Shown piece after piece: positions 9,370-22,793 of a DNA stretch of 49,745 bases (position 1 is the stretch's first letter; each line of letters starts with the position of its first letter). The notes under the pieces were generated by a model. That model saw nothing but the letters and a program-made list of their open reading frames with translations, searched no databases and had not been told where the DNA came from. The position numbers were made by a program, and so were the translations under genes. Source of the stretch: Sarea resinae (taxonomy: Eukaryota); assembly GCA_026026165.1 (NCBI GenBank), contig JAPEUD010000076.1, forward strand, positions 62,001 to 111,745, given 5' to 3'.

Positions 9370-12300
9370 CTAGAAGATCTCATCGTCGAAATCATCAATG
9401 CCAACACCGGCGGCACCGAACGTGTCTATGTTGGGTATCCATCGTCAGTCCAAGTCCTCTTTTGAGATAATTACTAACTGTATGGGGTCCTTACCAGTCG
9501 TGGTCTGCGAAATACGCGGCCGATGACTCCGTGGGGTCCCGTGGCCAGTCGCAGAGAGGGGTCGAGGACCCGTCGGCTTGCGCTGCGGAACTTGGCCCGA
9601 GGCCGACCGTGCGGAGCGTGTAGAGTGAGGAGAGCCGTTGGTCTGGTTGTGCGTGAATAAGATCAGTATGAAAACTTCGAGAGGAGAGTCGGTAAAGCTT
9701 ACCTGGCCGTACGGCGAGCCATTGCTGTACCTCTGCTCTTCAGCACTATATCTCTCCTCAATGGGAGCCAGATATCCCGAGGGTGTCAAATTCCCCGAAC
9801 TTCGCGGAGAATCGTACGCTGACTTATAGTTCTTGGCTGGCATCTTCGGCGCCGGCTGCGACATCGATGGACCTCCATCATCTCGGATCTTTGGTGGGCG
9901 AGGAGGCGCACTTGGTTCACCGGTCGGACTCATGGCAAATCCCATGTCGGCGCCTGGAGAGCCCCGACTGTTGCGACCAGCTGGTCGAGCGAGACTCGGG
10001 TTCGAGCCCCAGTGATCCGAGGCTGGAGAGTCGGGTGGCGACCCATAGTTTTGAGCTTGTGATTCCAGATGATTCTGGTATCTTTGAGTTGGCCCTTGAC
10101 GCGGCTGCGGATGTTGCAGATTGAGAGAATTACGATGAGCTTGGTACTGCGGATCTTCCTGTAGATCTTCCTGAACCACGGGCGAGGGTGTTCTGCCCCC
10201 AGAATCGATAGACCCTAGCGGAGAGTATCCTGGCTGAAGTCTGTCTTCGCTTCGCCGCTCGTAGCCATTGTCACCATAGTAGTCTAATTGAGATCCTGAT
10301 CGGGACCCTTCCGATACAGGTCTCTCCTTACGACCACCGCTCTTAAAGTTCTCGCCCATGGATGAAGCGGTCGTCTTTGACCATCGGGATATCTTGGGGA
10401 ATATCGACGAGCTATTCGACTTGTGCTTTTTGCTTCTCTCCGTCTTTGGCGTGTTTTCATTGCTAAGGGGGGCCGAAGTAATTGGAATCCCCGGTGGAGA
10501 CTCCAGTGGCACGGATCCTGAGCGGGCCCGCTCTTGAGTAGGCGTGAGGAGGCGCTGGTTGTTCTCAAACTGGTTGTTCAAGACGTTCTCTTCATGCGCA
10601 CCGAGCTCCTCATCTCCTTCGAGGACAGTGCTGACACGATTTTCGGACGCTCTTCGAGCATCATAGCCTCTTCTTGCACTCGCTCGGGACGGATTGGAAA
10701 AGTAGCCGGATTGGTTTCCAGTCGATGAAGTCCCTGCTTGACCCTCAGGTTCGTACCCTTCCTGAGCTCGCAGATTTTCGTACGAGTTCAGACTATTTGA
10801 CTGTGTCATAGAAGGGCGTAGTTCCTGGGCGGCCTTCAGACCTTCCACTTCACCAAGCAGCTGAACAAGCATATCTTCAATCTTAGCAAGGTCGTTAGAA
10901 CTCCTCATGCTGAGGCCCTTCAGAGCCCGCCTGAAGACGTTCCGCCTCTTATTAGGAATGTCCTCTGGCGTGTCTTCATCGGCTGACGTCCGGCGAGATG
11001 ACCTTGGAGCACCAAGAGGTTGAGGCCGAGGCCCTTGGATTATCTTCTGGATAGATCTCTCGGTATTTTGATCTGTTGCATGGATTAACATTTTGTCTTG
11101 TTCGGCAATGTACCTCTTCATTTCCTCGAACGAATTTCGCATTTCGGCCGCACTTCGGACAAGGGTGACTAAGATCTCAGTATCTCTCGCATTGCGTTGA
11201 GCGTCACGGACGGTAAGCTATAAGATGTTAGCAGAGCCAGAACATAAAAAGTGAGAGGTCTTACATGATCCATGAGAGCAACAACATCCTTCGACTGAAT
11301 TCTATCTAGTCCTCTTCCGGTTGAACTGTCATACAGCGGCGAAGGCATGCCGTGTGAGTTCCCACTGAGATGTCGGACGTGCTTGCCGACAAACGGGTCC
11401 TCGCCCGAAATCATGCCGTTAAAGTCCATGCCTTCATCATCAAAGTATTCGCCTTTCCGTCGAGGCTCAGGGGTAATGGCTCCTTGGTTCGCTGCTGAGA
11501 TGTACCCTTCATCTTTGATTGGAGCACCAAATGGTCCGGTGTTCTCAGCGGAATAAGGATCCTGATTTGGAGTGAAGCCGCGAATCGCCTCCCCTGCATA
11601 ATCATCTTCATCTTCGACGGTAGGTTGCTTGCTGTAGTGGTCCAGGACCTCACGAGTACGGTTTGCAAGGCCAGCGCCCATGCCAGCCCCTGCTGCGGCT
11701 CCTAGCATTGCCTTTTCCCCTAGATTGAGTCCGTGACCATCGTCCCCATAGCCTTGGTCATTGATGAAATTTCCAGGGGACTTCGTCGGCGAGGAATGGT
11801 GTTGCCAGAGTCCTGGATCATGCTGTGCTCCTCCGATGGGTCCGTGGATGATGGACGGATTAGTATTGATCTCTGATTCGTCATCCAGACCATGGCCAAT
11901 CTCAGGAAGCGGATCGTCCGCGACAGGAAGACCACTAGCTCCCATGGGAATGTGCTCTTCTTCGTGGTATGACCGATCCGCATGCTGATCCGTTGACTGA
12001 GATTGGACATCGTCTGGCTGGGCGTCGTGACGTTGTTTGAGGGGACTGCCATAATTATCGATTTCAAGACCTCTCTCAGAGCCTCCACGATATTCACCAC
12101 CTTCTTGTTGGTCATCATTCAAGGAGTGCTGATACGACCTTTGCCCGGATTGGGAAGAGCGAACATCCACCATGGAAGGGTCGTGAAGAGAAGCAACGGC
12201 AGACTCGACTGCAAGCGGAGTATGTCTATACTCTGGGTTGGCGCCCACACCTTGAACCTGCTGCCCAGCAGTTACTTGGTCCAAGTACGGAGCATCTAAG

Positions 12301-14786
12301 CTGTCGTCGGTATAATTTGTCATTCGGTTGGCGTCGACCATCGAATCTCTGAAGCTACCTTCGTCGTAAGAGGAACGATATCGATCGTTTTCTTCCTGTT
12401 GTTGCTGATACCATTGATCCATTCCCGCCCCACTAGGCATCTCCTCCTTGTACATGAGTTCCGATTCCGGTAGAACATCCTGGCTTGTGATAGGATCTTG
12501 CTTTCCGCTTTCAGCTTCAAGCGCTCTCCTCGCGCTGGCAAGCTTCGTGCTTGGTGAAGACGACATTGACTCAATCGACACGCCAGATTTTCGGCCAATT
12601 GCTTCTTTTCCGGCAGAAGATAATGAGGCAGAACTGCGCATTTCTCTCCTCGCATTACGGTTCTCAGGTTCGCTCACATCATCTCGGTAACTGGCAACAC
12701 TCTGGATGGGGCTTAAACCACGGTCTTGACTGTTCAGAGCATAGTCGTGCTCGGAAATACGTTCTCCCTCATGCTGCTGATCGTGTCCACCGAGAGCTTC
12801 GGCGGTACCAGCTCCTGCCAGGCCAGCTTCCAGCGCTTCAACAGCAGGCTTTTCGCTACGGATACTGCGGTCGCTTTGAGCGCTGTGAATACTCAAATCG
12901 CCTCGAGAACGATTGCTGTGATGAGTGCCCATACCCTGTTGCAATGGCACGGGCGTTCTGTTTCGAGAGGCAGAAGCTGGCGATCCCACCTCGCGAGGCG
13001 AACCCCGCGGCACCTCTCGAATGGGTGTCCCAAGGCCTTGAGATGAAGCTCCGATAGGATGTTCCGTTAGCTCGGTGAGTATGGATGTTCGTGTAAGCTC
13101 CGAATCTTGGATATCGCTGCTCATCGGCAAGGGTGGAATGTTTCGAGTATTATGACCTTCATCGACACTCTCAGCGATGCTGGCGCTTCGGCTGTGACTC
13201 TTACTGCGTTTCTTACGACGCTCTCTTCTCTCTTCACTGGAGCGAGAGTCGTGGTGTCGAAGAGCGGCCGCCGTGAGGACACCACCAGCTAGGCCCGCCG
13301 CTGTCGCGTCTCTCACGTTGTGCCGATCCTTGCTCTTCGTCTTACGTACTTTCTCACCATCCCGTACAATAGTGTCGTCAGAGTTGCCACGGCCATGACT
13401 GCTTTCAGATCTCAAGTCCAAAGAGCTTCGACTGCTCTTGCGCTCCCTTCTCCCCTTCACCGAGTCCCCGGAAAGTGTCAGTCCCGGGTCATCCTTATCT
13501 CGATTTAAGACAACCTTGGGCCTTCCAGTCGAGCTGGATTGGGATGGGCGACGTTGTCTTTCGCTTTGCGAGGCACTACTACCCGATATTACGGAGTCTT
13601 GAGCGTCCGGGGCGGCCTTGCTCTTGCCCTGATGGGTTTTCCGCTCTTCCTTGAGTGCCGTAAGTTCAGGAAGAATGAGACGCCGGATGGCATCTTCTAC
13701 GGTCTCGAGTAATTTAGGGTTGTTGATAGAGGATCTCGATGTGCCCGATCTCAATGAATACGCATCGCCAGAATGTCGTGAAGGTGAGAGTTGCGATGTG
13801 AGAAGGCTCGACTCAGCGCCACTGGTGAAATCTTCCTCCTGCTGACTCCTGCTGGATCTCCGTCGCGGCGAACGGACCCCTTCGCCAAGCTGTTCCCTGC
13901 TGATGCTCCGGCTTTTGCTTGAATGCTTGCGCCTGCTGCTTGATTCTCTGGGCTTACTGCCGAGCTTCTCGATGACCTTCTGTGCTATCCTCTCGCGACT
14001 CAGGCTTCTGCTCCTCCGGCGGGATGGAGTTTTCAAGGTATCCGTGGGCGCCGTCACTTCTTCCCTGCTCACAGTCCGACTTCGAGTTCGGCGGGGTGAT
14101 CGAGTCGCATCGGTGTTATCGAGAAAGCTGTCGGGTGGTATGGAAGAAATGTCCGAGGTTGGCGGTATGTATCGACGATCCTGAGACAAGCTGGTCCCGG
14201 AGACGTCACTGCCGTCTTTGCGCATGACTTCAATTTCTACCGGCGGGCCCCTGGAGGTAAGATTAGACTCCTCGGTAGCCGAAGCGTAGGAACTCAAGCT
14301 CTTCTCGTCGCCGCTCTCTGTAATTAATTTCTCGTTTGTTCCGTGCGGTCCCAAAGAGATTCGCCGTGTGTAGGATGGTTTTCTTGATGAGCCCGTCTCT
14401 GTAATCTGGATATGTTCGTTCGTGTCCCTGATCTTCCGCGCTGCCGAGGGCGTGACCTTGACCCGTACACTTGGCCTCGACTGAACCTTGCTTCCGTTCT
14501 TGCCCCCTTCGAAATATTCTATCAACAGCGAAGTCTGCGACTGATGAGATGTGTGGGTCAGGGTATGGTCGCTTTGCCTGTCTCGATCTTGTCGTCTCTT
14601 CCGAGTCGATATCGTTATTGGGCTGCCGTCCTCGGGAATCGAGTATGAAGAACGGTCTGTCCGCCTCGAGACGTCGGTGGCCAGGTCCGTGGCCGTCGCG
14701 CTGCCGCCAGTAGCTGAGCTGAGAGTAGATTGATCGGTGGCTTCCGGTAGTGGTGGTGCTGCTTTTCGTCGGGTATCAATACCCAT
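9370..14786 (-). CDS. Large (~1750 aa) Ser/Arg-rich, mostly disordered hypothetical protein with short helical/coiled-coil blocks
   Basis: Exons 14786-11265, 11217-9703, 9642-9495, 9425-9370 joined by GT-AG introns with branch points. The junction reads DVVALMDH|LTVRDAQRNARDTEILVTLVRSAAEMRNSFEEMK, uniting the 1246-aa and 565-aa ORFs. The start could alternatively be upstream at 14909. Confidence 0.85.
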
Positions 14787-17700
14787 CGTGCTGCGTCGAG
14801 GTTTGACAGATCGAAATCTGTACTTTGGATGGTATCGTTGCGGTGTGCTGAACGGAGCCGCAATGCCTACGCAGTCTGCTTTTTCGTAAGCCAATGATGT
14901 TGACCTCATAGATTCGTAGAATCAATGAATCGATCGACGAGGAGAGGGAACGCATACAAGGCCAAAGGCCCTTCGCTCAATGGCCCAAGATCGAATCGTG
15001 TCCAGTAGTAGACATGAGGAGTGTGTGAAACGAAGACGCTGCGATCAGAAATGACAGTACAAGGCAGCGACGAGGGTAAGTCTGCTGGCCAGTCCGGACT
15101 GCCCACTAGAATGCGCAAGATGATTTCAAAATGGAAAAGTGAGATCTCCCTCTCGCTCTCTCACTTCTTCTCGCTCTGTCTGTCTCTCTCAGCCACAACC
15201 CCTCAGAGGACGAGTCGAAAGATGCAGAGTGTCGGCACGAAATCGAGGTGTGCAGCTCGGAGGATGCAGTGGAGGTGATCGATTGCTTGCTGGCAGTGTC
15301 TCGGCTGCGTCAAAGTTGGCGGAAAAAGCAGATACCGGGGTCTCAGTCGAGAGTGTACGAAGAGACGGCGAGGTGTGCTCCGGAGCGACCTTCCTCGACG
15401 AGCAGTGTCGTGCGATAAGATATGTACTGTACGAGATACAGAAGAGAGATGGTAAGTATTTAGGATGTCGCGGTATGTACTCTACTCTAGAGTCGGAAGA
15501 GCAATACGCTTCGTGGGGATGATCTGAGCTGGACTGACGGGGGTGGGGGGGAGAGACTTGAGGTGAGGTGGCTGGGGTGATGAGCTTCGGTCAATGGCAA
15601 TGGGGGGAGGGGGGCGATGCGAGATGGGCGATGGGCTCGACGGAGTTACTACTATGTACTCGTCCTGATGATTTGGAGCTAAGGTGATAATCCGCTTCAC
15701 CGACCGGGGGTTTTCGAGGAGGCTGGTCATGATCAGTCGGTCAGTTCAGGGAAGCAGGAATAGCATAGTCAAATGACAGCAGAGTATTCGTCGTCTTCGT
15801 GGGACTGGACTTGGACTCGAAGGTCGCACAGCCGGGTGCAGCTGGGGATGAGCAAACGAATCAATCGAAGCGGAGCGCGAGTGCCAGAGTCAGTCAGGCA
15901 GGTATCATTGATTCCTCCAGTGGCATTGGATTCGTACGGCGCATTGGATGCGTGCTAGCATCGACTGATCCATCAATCTCCTGCGTGATGCAGCCCAGAG
16001 CGTGCAGATGTCCGTACAGAGTCGACTTGTGCCATCAAACGAGCGACAATGTCTGGCCAACGTGGCGAGCTGCAGGGTAAGCGACTCGAGCAGAGTCGAC
16101 TGTGCAGTGGAAGTGAATGTACTCATAGTACAAAGTTACGGGCCTCGTGGGTGGTGGTCCATGGCTGGTCACCGATGGTACGAGTGACGACGCTGAAGGT
16201 ATCCATGGATCACTGCGGTGCACAGGGCACACAGCACGACTTGAATACGATCCATCCCGTAATGGATCAATGGGAATAGTGTCTCCATCAGGGGCAATTC
16301 CTCTTGTTGATTTTCTTCTTCTTCTTTTCCTCTCGCCATCTTCCCAGCCACCTCATATGTATCGATGTCGATCCCCGTACGGAGTACCAATACAGATACC
16401 GTACTTATCGCTTCAGGTTCCATGGTTCGATCTTGGGAGCAAGGGTCCAGGCTACAAGTGGCAGACGGCGACGGAGACGGCGTCTTGGCTAACCTCGAAC
16501 TTGCCATGGGCCGCCTCTGATACGTGCAGTCGATGCGCCAGTAGCAGCACCAAGACTATCTCCCAGACGACAGACAAAGTCATCAACATTGGCCTCGGAT
16601 GGTGATAGTCGCTCTCAAATACCTCTCTCTCTAGGACCACGTGGGAGCTTGAGTACCTACTGTGCTGCTGCTCTGAGATTACAGTCTCATAGATCCAGGA
16701 TGAACCTATGATAGTCGGAGCAGCTCGTGTATGAAGTACAAAGTACAAAGTACAGTGTCGCGGACAACTTGGAAGTCACGAGCGCTGACGCCGAACATTC
16801 ACATGAGAGCTGATCTTCCTCATCGATGCAATGAACGTTGGGTCTCTTTATTATGTTATGAGATGGCCCTGACTGGAATGGATGGGTACCACCTCTCCTC
16901 ACGAGCTCGTTTCTACTTAAACAGCATCCCTCTCAAGTCGCTACTTCTTGTTCCCATAGAAGCTACCTTATGCAAGCTTCGTATTGCTAACAATCAAGCT
17001 TCAATCATTCCAGATGTTTCTCGATGCGGCAGGTTGCCACTGCGCCATTCTCTGGTAGCCGTACTCACAAGTATATATATAATCGCCTTTCGGCCTCTTC
17101 ACTTCTTGTCTGTCTTTTCTCTCACAACACATAATTACATACGCGCACCCAAACACTAACAGAGACTTTATATTCTTCACACGGCATCATCGCGTGTTTG
17201 ATATCTCGTATAGACCCACATCTTTCAACTATACGATGTCGTCTTTCAAGACGTATTTGGAAAGTCATAACCGAGATCAGTCGACAGCGAAATCACATCT
17301 CGGAGTCTTGGCCCAGGTGGATCAGCTTCCATATCGCGAATGCTGGGCTCTTCATTCTTCCATGCCGCTCTCCAAGCTGTCAAGATCATAAATCCTTGAT
17401 GGCTCGCAAAGAAAATTGAAGAACGCGTCGAGGATACGCTTCTCCGTTTCAGAAAGGTGCAAGTGAAGAACACCCAAAAGAAGACTGCAGACAACATGAA
17501 GCAGGAGAAATGAAAGCAGCCGAACCACCCACACAGGCTCCTTGAACTCAAACATCAGCCACTGAAACAGTCCTTCGTCGCTCCTGTTGTATTGATATTT
17601 GCAGTCCTCATTTTTACGTTCATTTCCTCTCTCCTTAAGCATTCTTATCTTCCATGCTCCAACATACAATATTCGCTGTAGGTAAGAATCATTTTCCCGA

Positions 17701-19070
17701 ATATCTAGCTGACCCAAGCCAATCACGGCTTGCCGCCATTCATAATCCGTACCAATGCTGGACAACATGTTTACCACACACGGCAATGCGTTAGTCTGTT
17801 TCTCCATGACACCCGGCAGTATTGAAGGCAAAGAGTCCGTGGGAGTCCAGTCCAGATACCGGCCACATGAAGTCATTCGCTATAGGTTTCAGCCAAGACT
17901 TGTTAAACGGTGTCGAGTTTTCTCATGTTCTGTCGCCCTTGAACGAGGGCACAGCGTCGTATCACTATACCCCTCAGGAGAAGCAGTCTCGAAGAAGGAC
18001 GTGCTCTGGAGGATATCCAAGCACATTATAGTGGCCGAAGCGTTTAATGCAATCCTCTCATCGCAAGCTCCTCAAGTGGAAGAATACTGTCCATTTCGGA
18101 CTCAGCCCGCAAATCACTCTTATCGACACTGTCGCCGGAGCAAGATTATGCCACTGAACTCGCACCAGCCTCTTCTCACTAGAGAGGACAATCGCCTCTG
18201 AAATTTCTCCCGATGATGAGCTTTTGAAAGTTCGGGTCAGCGTTAGCACCACAGGGAGAGCACTTGTTAATTCACCCCAAGCTATAACCAACAGAGCTCA
18301 AGGTGCTATACAGCCTTGAAGCATCAAATGATGAAAAGCTCGACTACATTCATACCGCCCTACACATATATATCTATAGTCTATTTTACAAAGCTGAGCT
18401 TTCGAAGCGGTTGGAGGCACTGCAAAGCATATCTCACCAGGACAGGATTCCTAGGGCCAATGGATTGGTAAAAACACGCGCAATCTCAAACCCAACAACA
18501 CGACCGGAAAGAAAAGGTGGTGACGGGACGCAGGTAGATGTATGGTCAGTCGCGTCGAGGGAGAAACATGAGCCGTTCGCTATCTGGATCATCGATTCAA
18601 GTCAGGCCAAGGCTCGGCTGATGCTCAGAAATCTGAATAAGAAGAGAGCATTGAATCATTAGTACATAACTGTAATTATCTGCAGCTACGAGATCTCTTT
18701 TCAAGCTTTTATTTCGAGGAAACAAGGCAAAGAGACCGCCGGTCTTGCGTCCGAAGAAAGAGCAGTATGCGACGTCTACCAGTCCAAGTATAGTCCTGAC
18801 GACAGCAGACAGGTGCCGTTAAGCGAGAGGAATCGACAGAATATCTCGTCAGAGGCGGAAAGGATCTTAAAGAAGGACACGACATACTGGAGAAAGAACT
18901 ACTTTACCCCTTGGGTCGGATGAGATGATTCACAGTCTTATGGCTGAAGAAGATCCTAATCCTAGCATCAATACAGCTGCTAGCTCTAGAGAAAAACGAG
19001 CCAGGCCCTCGATAGATCTTTACCGAGCGATAATGACGCGGGGAGGGGAGTACGGCGGATATGAGAGACA

Positions 19071-19900
19071 TTGATCTTAGGGAGGCAGTGGATGCGTGCA
19101 GTAAAGGCGCGTGGCTACTACGAACAGGGAACATACACTATACTTGACGCAGTCAAGAAACCATATGCTTTGTTACCAATTAAGACAGATCGCTCCGACG
19201 ACAGGCCGGCAATTGAGATACTACCAGGAGCGGATTTGGAAGAATCATCGTTGGGCAATGAGACACTCGTCGACTTCGCAGCACAGGAAGAACGGCTTGC
19301 CGAGAAGTATATGATGGATCCTGTAAAAGGAGACGAGCCTGACGAGGAGTTTCGAGGAAACTTATGACTTCCCGTCAATCATTTAAAAGGGGGACACTCG
19401 TAGAGGGTAGGGCCTCTATGAGTGATTCGTGCCACCAGGGAGCGCAAGCGGCGTCCGACTCTGATAATGTTAGCGAGGAAAATATCAGATTATGCACTTC
19501 CTGAGGCGTTTTATGGCCGAACTACATTTGAAGAGCCTGCAGATCGTCCACTAAGCCCCGGCAGCGTTTCTAGCGAGAATGCGAGACCGGGCGAGGATCT
19601 CGCTGCGAAGATTAGAGCCAAGGTGTTCACCGAGGAGAATTCAGAAGATGATGAGGCAGGTGGTATTTGAAGCATTATGGCGTCCCCCAAAACCACAGAC
19701 CTTCCACGAGCGCTGCATACTCGGCCAGTGTCTATGGGTCCTAGATACGATGGAGCAGCGAGTGGAGGCCAGCATTTAGCTCCCAAGCCAGCTGCTACGC
19801 AATTTGCACAGAACTATCAAGCGAGAATCTGGTCTCTTGTGCCTCATTTTGGTTGAACCAAACGAGCGGAAGGAACTAACTTATCACCTGGCATTGTCAA
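19071..19900 (+). pseudogene. Decayed ORF fragments, possibly a remnant of an LTR-retrotransposon gag/protease region
   Basis: LILGRQWMRAVKARGYYEQGTYTI resembles the C-terminal ILGxxW strand of retropepsin-like proteases. The frame ends GNL* and continues through several stops. No RT or integrase motif and no LTR was seen. Confidence 0.3.
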
Positions 19901-21229
19901 GCCGAGATTCTTCCCGACAGTCAAGGACGTCTAGAAATCACAAGGAACTCATCAGCCTGCTTTTTGTACAGAGCCAGATGGGTACCTGACCCCAATATCA
20001 AGACTTATTCCCTTTTTCGGCGCAACACTCAGGTTCGGGGGGGCGTGGCATTCAATTTCAAGCCTGCGGCCCACGAATCATCTAGTCAGATAAGCACTTC
20101 AGATAATCTGGAAATCTGGATAAGTCAGCGCATAGAACAGTCAAGGAGTTAACAGACCCACAGCATGATGGATTGATGATTATCGGCCGACTGAAGACGC
20201 TACCCTCCTACCTGCCCTACCGCAAAATGGGGTGGAAAACCGCCGTGGAAGTGTTTGCGGTGCTTGCGGCTATCGCAATAGTGGCCTCATTTGTGACGAC
20301 TTGTTTCGGGCGGCCAACCAAACGGCAATGGCTGAGGCGATACCTTGAAAGAACCCCGGCGGAGACAATCCCTCCTTTCTTCTGGTGCAAGTTTCATCTC
20401 GAAGCACTACATACAATCATCGCACATCGCCAATATGCCATACGGTCTTCTGTTTTCAGAACCGCACCCATGAATGAAGTCATTAAGTATTCGACAGCTA
20501 ATCCGGCCTTGCTGCCGAAGAGAACCACCTAAAAGAAAGAATTTACCACCTGAACAACGACACCTCCATCATGTCTTCCCTTACCATTCAGCTGAATTCA
20601 GCAAAGGAGGGCACTAGAACAACCAGAGTATCTCCAATTATGATTTATCGTCCGATCCCGAGATCTTGTCCCCGCTCGAATGAAAGGCTTGAGGCAAAGA
20701 GCAATGAATAACCCCAGCTCAGGAATGATGCGGGGTTGCCAGCGCGAGATGGGAAGCAAGTCAAAATAGATACACAACAGATACAAAAAATTAAAGGTGC
20801 CCTTCTACTGTATCCATGGGACCTACGGGATCAACGACAGGCAGGTACCGCTGCCTTTCCTTCTTCTTTGGCACCCCCATGTGCATGCCTCACTCAGAGG
20901 AATGACTTCTCTTGGTGGCGTGCCGTATAGGTGTACGGCTCAAAGATGGTAATCTAGTGCACCCCCATATTCGTGCCGCGCATTGGCGTTGGCACTTCTT
21001 GCAGGTCTCAAGCATTACCGTATACCGCCGTCGACACGATTTATGCAACGATGAACTGTTACCAACGTCTACCTCCCTCTAATACATGTCCTGGATATAT
21101 ATTTACAAGAGTAACGAATTAAATTCTTTCGACTGATAGTCATACCCGGAGAAAACCCTCATCGAACTTGAAAACTAAAAAAAAGGTCCATCTGTCGTAT
21201 GATTCTATTCAACAAGGATCAAAGAAGTC

Positions 21230-22520
21230 ATGGACCAATTCCGAGCTCGGCAGCAAGCTAGGAACCCAGTCGAATTAAGGAACAGCACCAGCACCAGCAG
21301 AGAAACTTGCAATCCAGTACCAAAGCTGAGAAATCAATTGAGATTGAAGGCCCCCTATTGTGTGCTGACAGATACGCCATCCTTCGACAATGCTCTAGAT
21401 TAGTGTATCGAGTTCGTCAACTTTTACCGCTTGGTCTTCTTTCAAAGTCAAGAAGATGAGCAGCGACATGTCGTGGTCTCCAAAGGCGTTTGATACGCGT
21501 CAGCCGCCCGATGTCGATTCAAATACTCATACTATCGGCCCCTTGGGAACGGTTGACTTGAATCGCTTTGCGAAACCCAGCGAAGATGGGTGGATGGTCT
21601 CGGACTTCTACTTATGGAAGTATATATTGAAGGGGATGGGAAAGTCAAAACAGTGGCTGACCTGCGAAAATCCCGAAGCTCTTCTTGCAAAATACGTGAG
21701 CGAATCAACCTGGCCTGAAGGATATCTGCATGGGGACCCGTTCGAAGATCGCAAGGTCGTTCTTAGTCGCCCGCTGCTCTCGTCAGTCCAGCATTACGCA
21801 ATGAGCCGGATGCCTTGCCGGTCCATGTTGAGGTCCTCTTGAAGGCTGATAACACATTGGCTACAATAAGCCGGGGAACTACGGCTGCATCAATGCAGGA
21901 TCCTGCTTTTACTATACATGAGACATAGCTTCCCCTCGACGCCCTTTTTCCTCAGGACAGGACGTTTCGTCCTGCTATAGCCTGACGCATCTAGGATAGG
22001 CGTATCAAACAAATCGCGCGAGCATAGGCTTTTGAATTGACGACCTAGGCACGTATTCGTGCGGGACCGTCTTGTCATGCGGGATACGGATAACGCACAC
22101 TTGTTCATCGTGAAAGAGCTACGTATAGCTCTCGGAGCTCTCTGGGCTTCCTGTCCGACGACAACTCTATCTGTCTTCAGCAGCAAGGCATCTTCTGGAT
22201 GAGAAAATTCTGACCTGCACTTCGCAAGATGGCCCGGCCGGCCCTCGGATGTAGGATTGTTTGTGATACGAGAATGGATCTCTCGACCTTGGTACTCTTT
22301 CTGCCCTCAAAATTGTCTCCTGTCTGGGATTGTTGCTTGCCAGTGGCATGTTCTTCTATTTGGTAGTGGAAAAGGATGATATTCAGGGGCGCTTTTTGGG
22401 TGGGGTTCGCTGGCGCTTGCAAGCGGCCTCTTTCTTTTCGTTTTCTTCTTCATGGGTCTTTGCGTATCAGAGTAGATGGATGTCTGAGAATGAAAGTCTA
22501 TGGCCAGATCAAGGCCTAGT
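21230..22520 (+). pseudogene. Degenerate gene of unknown function (nonsense/frameshift-interrupted)
   Basis: Protein-like 128-aa ORF at 21456-21842, flanked by intron-like segments with CTGAC/CTGAT branch points but degraded donors. The downstream frame (RELRLHQCRILLLLY...) is broken by several stops, and there is a hydrophobic C-terminal segment around VVEKDDIQG. Confidence 0.4.
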
Positions 22521-22793
22521 ATGATCTTTTGTACGCGAGAGTATTGTGGGTTATAAGATAGATGCAGGGAGTAAAGGAAGGCAGAAAGGGAGAGGGAGAG
22601 AAGGAAGTCTATTCAAGAACCCGGCAGGATTTACTACGGCTTTTATAGATGATGACATGATAGATAATGGCAGTGCCTCATCTGATTCGTCGCACCTTGA
22701 GGTGATTTATGTGTGTGTGAAGCTGTAGCTATTTTTCTTTTCTTCGTAATGGTAAGATTTCTCGTCATTCCTTCAGCTTTAGCTACTAGGTAC

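Noticed and set aside
15000..17100. Short ORFs upstream of the large disordered gene
   Set aside because: No domain signal; consistent with a long 5' UTR and promoter.
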